The notes below the pieces were generated by a model, which made no database searches, was not told where the DNA came from, and worked only from the letters and a program-made list of their open reading frames with translations. The translations under genes were made by a program, and so were the position numbers. A DNA stretch of 64,000 nucleotides from Bacteroidales bacterium (GTDB lineage: Bacteria > Bacteroidota > Bacteroidia > Bacteroidales > UBA12077), in the NCBI GenBank assembly GCA_021108325.1, contig JAIORB010000038.1:17217-81216 (forward strand). The letters are read 5' to 3'. This document shows, piece by piece, positions 20,946 to 29,343 of this stretch. Position 1 is the first letter of the stretch. Each line of letters begins with the position of its first letter.

Positions 20946-21662
20946 TTAATTGTTTTTTAGATTGTTTAAATTTTCTAATGCCTCAATTACGGTTTCTTTA
21001 TATTTTCTACCTATTGGTAATTCGGTATCACCTATATCAATACCGGATAAACTATAAGCATCAATTTTGCCAGTAGCAACAATAAAAGATCTGTGAATTC
21101 GTAAAAATTTATTGTTATTTAATGATGACTCAAAATAGCTCAGTTGTTGTTTGGTTATAACCGTTTTACATAATGTTACAACTTTTACATAATCCTTTAT
21201 GCTTTCAAAGTAAAGTATATTTTTAAAATATACTTTAACCATTTTTTTATTTTCTTTAAGATAAAGGAACTCATTTGATTCTGGTTTCTCTGTTTTCTTT
21301 TCCTGATTTACATTTTCGCAAACACGATTTACGGCCTTAAATAAACGTTCAAAAGTAATCGGTTTTAAAATGTAATCCACAACATTTAAATCAAATCCTT
21401 CAATGGCATAATTTTTATTTGCCGTTGTAAATATAACGGAAGGTGGTGATGATAAACTTTTAAGAAAGTCAATGCCGGTTATGTTTGGCATTTCAATATC
21501 CAGAAAAAGCAGATCGACAATATTTTCTTTAAGAAACTCATAAACAGGAATAGCGTTATCGAATTTCCCAATAATTTCGATATATGGTATTTTTTTTAAA
21601 TATCCTTCAATAATAGTTATAGCTAATGGTTCATCATCTACTATAACACATTGCAACTTCAT
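20946..21662 (-). CDS. LytTR-family response regulator
   Basis: Receiver domain (VIVDDEPLA...LFLDIEMP) plus a C-terminal LytTR DNA-binding domain (FLRIHRSFIV). Confidence 0.85.
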   Translation of the reverse strand: MKLQCVIVDDEPLAITIIEGYLKKIPYIEIIGKFDNAIPVYEFLKENIVDLLFLDIEMPNITGIDFLKSLSSPPSVIFTTANKNYAIEGFDLNVVDYILKPITFERLFKAVNRVCENVNQEKKTEKPESNEFLYLKENKKMVKVYFKNILYFESIKDYVKVVTLCKTVITKQQLSYFESSLNNNKFLRIHRSFIVATGKIDAYSLSGIDIGDTELPIGRKYKETVIEALENLNNLKNN

Positions 21663-21767
21663 AAATATTTTTAAATTAGATGGTTAGATAATGCTCCGAT
21701 TTTAATTAGCAGCAATTTAAAAATAATTTTTAAAAAACTATAAAATAGATTAATAAAAATGAAGATA

Positions 21768-21830
21768 TCTGAGCAAATTACTTTTTATGGGTAGAAGCTT
21801 GCTGTTTGTCGACATGTCAAAAATTATTTA
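21768..21830 (+). promoter_or_regulatory. conserved ~62-bp promoter-proximal block, copy 1 (upstream of protease gene)
   Basis: TCTGAGCAAATTACTTTTTATGGGTAGAAGCTTGCTGTTTGTCGACATGTCAAAAATTATTTA. Roughly 50 of 62 positions are shared with 25199-25260. It contains CTGTTTGTC, resembling the AlgR-type LytTR 9-mer CCGTTTGTC. Confidence 0.45.
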
Positions 21831-21880
21831 AATAATAACAATACTTTAAACCAAATTAACTAACCTAAAAAATTTTTACT

Positions 21881-24800
21881 ATGAAAAAATTTACTCTTTT
21901 AACATTTATTTTTTCTATTACCTTAATATTTACGGTATTTGGGCAAAAGGGTTATATAAACCCTGCTGCAAAGTACTGTGAAATGTTAGGATACAGATAC
22001 GAAGTTACCTCAGTAAAAGGTAGTGGTGAAGTAGGTATTGTTCATTTGCCTGACGGACAAATGGTAAATGCATGGGATTTCTTTAAAGGTAAAGTTGCTC
22101 CCGAATATTCTTATGCTGCAAAGTTAGGTTTCGATGTAGAAACTGAAGTTGTAAAAGAAAACGGATATACTGTTGAAAGAGCAGTATGTGTTCGTATGAA
22201 CAAAGGAGTTGAGGAAAGAATTCCATTATTAGAATTAATGGAATTAAATGGAGAACCTTTAAATGCAGAAGTTGAAAAAACTATTCCAACTATTCAGGAA
22301 ATTGCAAAAGTTGATCCAAATTTTACAAACGTAAAAAGTCTTCCTTCAGAGTTTGACTGGAGAAACTATAATGGACATTCTTATATAGGCGATGTGCGGA
22401 ACCAGGGAAGTTGTGGTTCTTGTTATGCATTTGGAGCAACTGCATGTGCAGAGGGAACTTATAACTTTGCTACCGGCAGCTATGACAGTAATACTTCTGA
22501 TTTTTCTGAAGGCTGGATAGCTTTTTGTTTAAGTGATATATCTCCTTATAGCAGCCATTTTGATGGTTGTAATGGAGCAGATTATGATTATTATGAATTA
22601 CAGGCATTAGTTGATATTGGACATATAGATGAATCTTATTTCCCTTATTCTGATGCAAGTAATCAGTCATGCCCTTCTACAACAGAAAGTGCTCCAAAAA
22701 TCCAATTCGAAGGATGGTACAGAGTACCTTGTGCCGATGTTGATGCTATTAAAACTGCTATTATGACTTATGGTGTTGTTGATGCCGCGGTGTATGTTAC
22801 TACAGCATTTCAAAATTACACAGAAGGAGTGTTTACCGATAGTTATACAACATGTAATTCTAGTCCTTGTTATAATGCGACTACAAACCATGCAATAGCA
22901 TTGATAGGCTGGGGCGTTGATGCAACAGAAGGAGAATACTGGATTTTAAGAAACTCATGGGGTAGCTCATGGGGAGACGGTGGTTATATGAAGTTATCTG
23001 TTAATGCTTCACATGTTGACTGCTCTGTTTGTTATATGGTTTACACTGATGACGGATCAGTTGCTCCAACTGTAACTTCTAATACTGTTACTGGAATTGG
23101 AGATAACACTGCTACTTGTGGTGGTAATGTTACAGATGATGGTGGAGCTGCTATTATCGCTAGTGGTATTGTTTATAGCAAAACATCTGGTGTTAACACA
23201 TCTAATGGAACAGTTGTTGAAACATCACCTACTGTAACAAGTGGTTCTTATAGTTTAACTATGAATGGATTATTATCTGGAACTACATATTATGTAAATT
23301 CTTTTGCTACAAATGCAAAAGGAGCTGGTTATGGAACAGAAAGAAGCTTTACAACAACTGGCGAAGCTCAAATCGAATATTGTTCATCTCAAGGTGCTAA
23401 TTATTCATATGAGTGGATTGCTGGTGTAGTAGTTGGTGATTTCTCCAATACTTCTGGTGCTGCAGGTTATACAGATTTTACCGGTATGACAGCTAATTTA
23501 ACTGCAGGTGAAACTTACAATATTACATTAACTCCTGCTTTTAGTGGTTCTACATACAATGAATATTGGAAAATATGGATTGATTTAAATCATGATGGAG
23601 ACTTTGACGATGCAGATGAAAATGTATTTGATCAGGGAGGAATGAGCAAAACAATAGTTACAGGTTCTATTACAATTCCTGCAAGTGCAGCAGCTGTTAC
23701 AACTCGCATGAGAGTTACAATGAAATATAATGCTGAACCAACAGCTTGTGAAGCGTCATTTAGTTATGGAGAGGTAGAAGATTATACTGTTCAGATACTT
23801 GGAGGAGACACGGAAGCTCCAACTGCTCCATCAAGCTTAATTGCTTCAAATATTACAATGACAAGTGTTGATCTTGACTGGAATGCTTCAACAGATAATG
23901 TTGGTGTTGCAGGATATGATGTATATCAAAACGGTTCTTTAATAACTAATACTACAAATACATATTATAATGTTAGTGGATTAACTTCGGGAACTTCATA
24001 TTCATATTATGTTATTGCTAAAGATGCTGTAGGAAATGAGTCTGATGCAAGTAATACTGTTAATATAACTACAGATACTGATACTCAAGCTCCAACTGCT
24101 CCGGCAAATTTGGCATCTTCAAGTATTACAGCAACATCTGTTGGTTTAAGCTGGAATGCTTCAACTGATAATGTTGGTGTTACCGGGTATGACGTTTATA
24201 AAGATGGTGCTTATTTAGCAAGCACATCTGGTACTTCATATAATGTATCCGGCCTGACAAAGGCTACAACATATACATTCTATGTGAAAGCAAAAGATGC
24301 TGCGGGTAATGTGTCTGCTGCAAGTGATTATTTAGATGTTACAACATTAGATGAAGTTGTTGTTGTTGAATATTGTGATCTTTATGCAACCAGTGCAAGG
24401 TTTGAGTGGATTGATGTATTTGGCTTAAATGATTTATACAATACTTCAGGAGCTAATGCAGGTTATGGCGATTATACTAGCTTAACCGCAAATGTTTCCG
24501 CAGGAACAAGCTACACAGCTAGTTTAAGTGCCGGATTTAAGAGAAGAACATACACTGAATACTGGAATGTATGGATCGACTTTAATATTGATGGTGAATT
24601 TACTAGTGACGAAATTGTTGTTCAGGGAACTGTTGCTGATGGTAATGTTTATACTGCAACGGTAGATATTCCTTCTACAGCAACAATCGGTCAGACAAGA
24701 TTGCGTGTTGCAATGTCTGATGCTGGTTATTCTGCTGCTTGTGGATCATTCAGATATGGCGAAGTAGAAGATTATACTGTTAATATTACAGCTAAAGCTG

Positions 24801-25075
24801 CTCCAATAGCACGAATGGTATATGGAAAACTATTAGGAAATGATGAAGTAACTAATATTAAAGTTTATCCTAATCCTGCAAAAGAAGAATTAAATATAGA
24901 AATACCATTTGATAATGCAAAGGTTAGAATTATTAATTCAACCGGAGCAATTGTTAAAGAAGTAGTGTTAAATAACGAAAAAGTAATTAATATTTCTGAT
25001 TTAGCTAATGGTTTATATATTATTTCAGTAGAAGATGATAAAGGCCCTATTACAGAAACATTTATTAAACAATAA
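21881..25075 (+). CDS. T9SS-secreted multidomain papain-family (C1) cysteine peptidase
   Basis: Signal peptide and a DUF333-like N-domain (NPAAKYCEMLGY...). C1 catalytic residues are QGSCGSCYAF, NHAIALIGWG and NSWGSSWGDGGY. Also two GEVED-type domains (YGEVEDYTV x2), two FN3 repeats (WNASTDNVGV.GYDVY) and a Por tail (KVYPNPAKEELNIE...GLYIISV). Confidence 0.8.
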   Translation: MKKFTLLTFIFSITLIFTVFGQKGYINPAAKYCEMLGYRYEVTSVKGSGEVGIVHLPDGQMVNAWDFFKGKVAPEYSYAAKLGFDVETEVVKENGYTVERAVCVRMNKGVEERIPLLELMELNGEPLNAEVEKTIPTIQEIAKVDPNFTNVKSLPSEFDWRNYNGHSYIGDVRNQGSCGSCYAFGATACAEGTYNFATGSYDSNTSDFSEGWIAFCLSDISPYSSHFDGCNGADYDYYELQALVDIGHIDESYFPYSDASNQSCPSTTESAPKIQFEGWYRVPCADVDAIKTAIMTYGVVDAAVYVTTAFQNYTEGVFTDSYTTCNSSPCYNATTNHAIALIGWGVDATEGEYWILRNSWGSSWGDGGYMKLSVNASHVDCSVCYMVYTDDGSVAPTVTSNTVTGIGDNTATCGGNVTDDGGAAIIASGIVYSKTSGVNTSNGTVVETSPTVTSGSYSLTMNGLLSGTTYYVNSFATNAKGAGYGTERSFTTTGEAQIEYCSSQGANYSYEWIAGVVVGDFSNTSGAAGYTDFTGMTANLTAGETYNITLTPAFSGSTYNEYWKIWIDLNHDGDFDDADENVFDQGGMSKTIVTGSITIPASAAAVTTRMRVTMKYNAEPTACEASFSYGEVEDYTVQILGGDTEAPTAPSSLIASNITMTSVDLDWNASTDNVGVAGYDVYQNGSLITNTTNTYYNVSGLTSGTSYSYYVIAKDAVGNESDASNTVNITTDTDTQAPTAPANLASSSITATSVGLSWNASTDNVGVTGYDVYKDGAYLASTSGTSYNVSGLTKATTYTFYVKAKDAAGNVSAASDYLDVTTLDEVVVVEYCDLYATSARFEWIDVFGLNDLYNTSGANAGYGDYTSLTANVSAGTSYTASLSAGFKRRTYTEYWNVWIDFNIDGEFTSDEIVVQGTVADGNVYTATVDIPSTATIGQTRLRVAMSDAGYSAACGSFRYGEVEDYTVNITAKAAPIARMVYGKLLGNDEVTNIKVYPNPAKEELNIEIPFDNAKVRIINSTGAIVKEVVLNNEKVINISDLANGLYIISVEDDKGPITETFIKQ

Positions 25076-25114
25076 TTGGGATTCTAACACACTTTAATAT
25101 TAATTTAAACTTAG

Positions 25115-25146
25115 AAGAGTGCCAGTAAAATGGCACTCTTTTTTTG
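25115..25146 (+). terminator. intrinsic terminator after protease gene
   Basis: aagagtgcca-gtaaaa-tggcactctt followed by ttttt. Confidence 0.75.
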
Positions 25147-25198
25147 TGCTGTTACCGGATAAAAGACATAAATGTTAAAATAAGTTTTTAAATAAATT

Positions 25199-25260
25199 TC
25201 TGAGCAAATCACTTTTTTGGGGTAGCAACTTGTCGTTTGTCTATATCCAAAAAATAATTA
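25199..25260 (+). promoter_or_regulatory. conserved ~62-bp promoter-proximal block, copy 2 (orphan)
   Basis: TCTGAGCAAATCACTTTTTTGGGGTAGCAACTTGTCGTTTGTCTATATCCAAAAAATAATTA. It contains TCGTTTGTC (8/9 to CCGTTTGTC). No ORF of 60 aa or more follows it. Confidence 0.4.
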
Positions 25261-25408
25261 GAAAAGTAATATTATTTTTCTGCTGTTAATTTCATGGTAG
25301 TCAAAAGATATAATTGTAAATTATTAGGCCTCATGGTCTAGCACTCTATTTAACCCAAATACTTTAATTTATTAACCTAATTTTAAAAGAGCCTCTGGCT
25401 CTTTTTTT
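25261..25408 (+). ncRNA. candidate short transcript (sRNA or 15-codon micropeptide mRNA) between block copy 2 and a terminator
   Basis: Bounded upstream by the conserved block and downstream by the hairpin aagagcc-tct-ggctctt + ttttt (25387-25408). It contains the ORF atggtagtcaaaagatataattgtaaattattaggcctcatggtctag (25294-25341, MVVKRYNCKLLGLMV). Confidence 0.25.
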
Positions 25409-25625
25409 ATAGGGTAAATTGCCTAAAAATGAGGTGACTTTTTTATCTTAAATCTTAGGAACTTGATATTATACCAGAACTCAAAAATAATAGAATTCAG
25501 TTTAAAATAGATGATCATATAAAAAAGTGATTTAAAACAGTTTTTAAATTGACTCATTTATTCACAAAAAAGATGCTTCATAACACATCTAGTTGTAAAT
25601 TTACTTGAATATTTAATATAAGGAG

Positions 25626-26018
25626 ATGGCTTTAAAAGAATCGGATATAAAGAAGTATTCTATACAAATTGCTGAAAAAAATGAGGTGTTTGTATGGATA
25701 GGTCCATGTTCTGTTAAAAAAATGGAATTTACAAAAATACCACTGGATGGTAGAAAGTATGAATGTGGAGGAGAAGTCTTTCTGGCAAATGGACTTGTTT
25801 TACAAGCTAGTTTCAGAATGCAGAAAACCAATGATGTTTTATTAATTGAAGACACTGTTTATACAAAAATTGATGGAATATGGTATAAACTCAATGAACC
25901 TGAATTCCTTGAAAAAACCGGTTTGGACAAAGAAGATGTTTTTCCTGTTGAATGGAAACCGGACATCCCATTAAATCACCCATTAAAAGGACCATACAAA
26001 ATGAACTGGAAAGGATAA
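25626..26018 (+). CDS. hypothetical protein
   Basis: 130-aa ORF preceded by aaggag and followed by a strong terminator. No motif recognised. Confidence 0.4.
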   Translation: MALKESDIKKYSIQIAEKNEVFVWIGPCSVKKMEFTKIPLDGRKYECGGEVFLANGLVLQASFRMQKTNDVLLIEDTVYTKIDGIWYKLNEPEFLEKTGLDKEDVFPVEWKPDIPLNHPLKGPYKMNWKG

Positions 26019-26047
26019 AAAAAGGAGAGCAATTTTGCTCTCCTTTT
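26017..26047. terminator. bidirectional intrinsic terminator (end of the sulfur operon)
   Basis: aaaaaaa-ggagagc-aatttt-gctctcc-tttt between convergent genes. Confidence 0.75.
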
Positions 26048-26069
26048 ATATTAATTCGTTTTTTAACGA

Positions 26070-27119
26070 TTATACAACTTGTTTAATCTTATCGAAATAC
26101 ATTGCAAATGAACGATATAAAAAGTGTGTCCATTTACCAAATGGAACAATAATCAACGCCCATTGAACGAGTACTATTAAATGGAATAAGTACATCCAAA
26201 TATTATTTTCTATTAAATCAAGATCAATAAAAACTCGAACAATAAATGCAGTAAATCCCAATAAAAATAACCAGATTACGAAAAACCAGTCTGATGGTTG
26301 AGAAAACTTATTTACTTCTTTATTCTTTTGAATCCGGCCAGCAACAAAAATGAATGTAATAATAAATATTACAACGCTTTCAATGTATCCGAGAAGAATA
26401 ATAAAAAGATTTTCGGTTCCAAACCAGTCAAGAACAACGGTTGTAAATAGTAATGCTAGATATCCAAAAACAAGGATAAGATGCATAAACCATCGGGTTT
26501 GACTATCGTCGCAACCCAAAGTTCTTTTTTGTGTAAACATATGTATTAAGAGGTCTTGAAACTCTTTGAAATATGTTATAAATTTTACTTTAATACCAGG
26601 CTTAATAATCACAAAATACCACATCCGAAAAAGGTTAGGTAAAATAATAAATGTGAAAACGGAAGCAATCGATAACATTTCAAACAGATGACCGTGGTGC
26701 ATTATAGTTTCTACATTAAAATTCTGGTATACGCTATAGTATATAACGCCAATAGCAGTAATTATAAATGCAAAAAGACTAAATAACAGAGATTTTTGTA
26801 ACAAGCCTGATAAACCTGTCCAGTCGTATTTCGCTGTTAGCCATCGTCGTAACGACATCATAAGCTCGCCCGGATTAGCTTCACGAGGACATGTTGTAGC
26901 ACAATCGCCACAATAATAACATAACCAGGGATCTAAAGATGTAGTTATTTTTTCATCTAAACCTAACACACTTGCCCTAACCATTTTTCTGGGAAATGAG
27001 TTATGTTCATCAGTTAAACTACATACGGCTGTACAGTTACCACAATTATAACATGCATTAAAATCGCCATTACCGTATTTAAAGATTTCTTTTGCAAAAT
27101 CAGGATTTATTTTTGCCAT
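26070..27119 (-). CDS. QmoC-like membrane subunit (HdrC-type 2x[4Fe-4S] domain fused to a cytochrome-b/NarI-like multi-TM domain)
   Basis: N-terminal CYNCGNCTAVCS and CYYCGDCATTCP, followed by at least 5 hydrophobic helices with conserved-looking His (HHGHLFEM, FMHLILVF, LFHLIVLV, KWTHFLY). Confidence 0.7.
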   Translation of the reverse strand: MAKINPDFAKEIFKYGNGDFNACYNCGNCTAVCSLTDEHNSFPRKMVRASVLGLDEKITTSLDPWLCYYCGDCATTCPREANPGELMMSLRRWLTAKYDWTGLSGLLQKSLLFSLFAFIITAIGVIYYSVYQNFNVETIMHHGHLFEMLSIASVFTFIILPNLFRMWYFVIIKPGIKVKFITYFKEFQDLLIHMFTQKRTLGCDDSQTRWFMHLILVFGYLALLFTTVVLDWFGTENLFIILLGYIESVVIFIITFIFVAGRIQKNKEVNKFSQPSDWFFVIWLFLLGFTAFIVRVFIDLDLIENNIWMYLFHLIVLVQWALIIVPFGKWTHFLYRSFAMYFDKIKQVV

Positions 27120-27124
27120 ATCCT

Positions 27125-27403
27125 TTACTTTTTCAGTTTGTAAAAATAAAATTCGTCCATATCGTCTACTTCTCCGGCTTCAATATTTCCGTATTTCTGA
27201 AGAGTCATAAGATGATATGTTACAACATCCAGAGGAAGATCTATTTCTTGTGCTATTTGTGGAACAGTTTTTTCTTCGGTTTCCAGAGATTTTAAAATCT
27301 GCCTTTTGATTTTATTAAAGGCTTTCATATTTTCTTTTACCGAATCGGAAACTTTCCTTTTTGTCTTAATAATGTCTATTGTTTTTCCCATAATTTTATG
27401 CAC
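27125..27403 (-). CDS. small winged-helix (ArsR/MarR-like) protein embedded in the redox module
   Basis: 92 aa. KRQILKSLETEEKTVPQIAQEIDLPLDVVTYHLMTLQKYGNIE looks like an HTH plus wing. It is 2 nt and 5 nt from its neighbours. Confidence 0.45.
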   Translation of the reverse strand: MHKIMGKTIDIIKTKRKVSDSVKENMKAFNKIKRQILKSLETEEKTVPQIAQEIDLPLDVVTYHLMTLQKYGNIEAGEVDDMDEFYFYKLKK

Positions 27404-27405
27404 TA

Positions 27406-29343
27406 TTAATAAATTAAAGCTTCAATCATACTTTCCATTTCTATGTCTGTATATCCGATTAAATCAATTGCATTTTCAGGACATACAGGCAAACACATTC
27501 CACATCCTTTACATAAGGATTTAGATACTTCAGCCACTTCTTTGTCTTTGTATTTAATTTTAGAAATAGCATCGTAAGGACATGCCTCCGTACATTTATC
27601 ACACCATGTACATTTATCGTTATGTATAACGGCCATGGTAGGTTCAAGTTTTATTTCGCCCGAACTTACAAGAGAGTTAACTTTTGAAGCTGCTGATAGA
27701 GCAGATTTAACCGATTCTGTTATATTTAAAGGTGCCTGACATGCTCCTGAAATCAGAACTCCGTCAATTACAGTTTCAACAGGACGTAATTTAGGATGAA
27801 TTTCATTGAAAAATTTATCACGACCAATAGGAACTTTTAGAATGTTTACAATACCTTCATAATCTCTTGGTACCATACCGGTTACCAGGACAACTAAATC
27901 GGCATTAACTTCAAGCTCTTCATTGTCAGTTAAAATATCATTAATTTTAACGATTGTTTCATTTCCAGCTCTTTCAACCTGTGGCGGAGCTTCTTCAAAT
28001 GATTGTAAGAAAATATCTCCTGCTTCTGAAGCTTCATGATAAAGTTTTTCCTGTTTACCATAAGTTCTGATACCCCGGTTAAAATGGAAATTGTTAATTT
28101 CAGAATACTTCTCTTTAGCCAGAATTGCTGTATGAATTGCGGAAGTACAACAATATCTTGAACAATATTTATTAGGACCGTCAATTTGCCGGCTTCCTAC
28201 ACAATAAATATATGCTATATTCTTTATCGTTTTATTGTTATAAATTAATGCGTCTTCGTTCAATTCAATTAATCGTTTGAACTGTTGTAGTGTAATCACA
28301 TTGTCAATTTCACCAAATCCAAATTCACCTTTAGTAGGTTCGTAAGGATTAAAACCTGTGCTTAATTGTATTGCACCAACAGATATATTAACTTCTTCAG
28401 GTTGTTGGTTAAGATCGATATCAGCACAAATTTTTACACACTCACCACATTTGTTACATGCTTCACAATCTATAGCAGGAATTTCAGGGAATTCACTACA
28501 ATAGTTTTTATAGATAGCTTTGCGTTTAGTAATATTGAAATTGAATTCATCATCAACCTCAATTGGACAAACTGCAATAGCTTTTTCAAGATCTTTTATA
28601 TCATGCTTACAGTCAGGTTTTATATACCGTGGTTTTATTTTAAGTGTCAGGTTAAATTCTCCTACACTTCCTTTTTTACCAATAATTTCTGTTCCGGTAT
28701 ATAAGGTAATTTTTGGATGAGTATTAATCTGATGATATAACCTGGTAACAACTTCCTGTCCGGTTTCATTAGTAGTAAAAAGGACATTCCACTGCGAGGT
28801 TCTACCTCCAACAAAATGTTCACGTTCTATTAAATGAACAGTAGTTCCCATTTCTGCTAATTCAAGAGCGGCTCTCATTCCGGCAATACCTGCACCAACA
28901 ACCGCAACAGCATTAATTGAAGGAATTTTAATCGGAATCAATTCTTTCGAATGTTTCACTCTTTCAATTCCTCCTTTAACCAGATTAATAGCTTTTTCTG
29001 TGGCTAAAGGCGGATTATCAGAATGAGCCCATGAGCCTTGTTCACGAATATTTACCTGAACATAATTGTATGGGTTTAATCCTCCTCTTTGAGCAACATT
29101 TCGGAAAGTGTCTAAATGTAATTTTGGAGAACAGGATGCAACAACAATTGCATCAAGCTTTTGCTCTTTTATATCATTTTCAATTTCCTGTTGTGTAGAA
29201 TCTGCACAGGCAAACATGGTGGTTTTTGCAACATAAACACCATCAATTTTTTCTGCGGCTTCTTTAACTTTATCAACATCTACATAGTCTGAGATGTTAG
29301 ATCCACACATACATACGTAAACTCCTATTTTATTTTTCATCAT
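27406..29343 (-). CDS. HdrA-type FAD/Fe-S flavoprotein (QmoB-position, without fused MvhD domain)
   Basis: HdrA N-domain (IGVYVCMCGSNI...VASCSP), FAD fold VVGAGIAGMRAALELAE, inserted ferredoxin CEACNKCGECVKIC, and CSRYCCTSA. C-terminal 2x[4Fe-4S] sites are CTWCDKCTEACP and CKGCGMCLPVCP. Confidence 0.8.
   Translation of the reverse strand: MMKNKIGVYVCMCGSNISDYVDVDKVKEAAEKIDGVYVAKTTMFACADSTQQEIENDIKEQKLDAIVVASCSPKLHLDTFRNVAQRGGLNPYNYVQVNIREQGSWAHSDNPPLATEKAINLVKGGIERVKHSKELIPIKIPSINAVAVVGAGIAGMRAALELAEMGTTVHLIEREHFVGGRTSQWNVLFTTNETGQEVVTRLYHQINTHPKITLYTGTEIIGKKGSVGEFNLTLKIKPRYIKPDCKHDIKDLEKAIAVCPIEVDDEFNFNITKRKAIYKNYCSEFPEIPAIDCEACNKCGECVKICADIDLNQQPEEVNISVGAIQLSTGFNPYEPTKGEFGFGEIDNVITLQQFKRLIELNEDALIYNNKTIKNIAYIYCVGSRQIDGPNKYCSRYCCTSAIHTAILAKEKYSEINNFHFNRGIRTYGKQEKLYHEASEAGDIFLQSFEEAPPQVERAGNETIVKINDILTDNEELEVNADLVVLVTGMVPRDYEGIVNILKVPIGRDKFFNEIHPKLRPVETVIDGVLISGACQAPLNITESVKSALSAASKVNSLVSSGEIKLEPTMAVIHNDKCTWCDKCTEACPYDAISKIKYKDKEVAEVSKSLCKGCGMCLPVCPENAIDLIGYTDIEMESMIEALIY

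Noticed and set aside
23815-24350. About 270-bp tandem DNA repeat inside the protease gene.
   Set aside because: It is in frame and encodes two FN3 modules (APTAP...WNASTDNVGV.GYDVY...). This is a domain duplication within a CDS, not a mobile or regulatory repeat.
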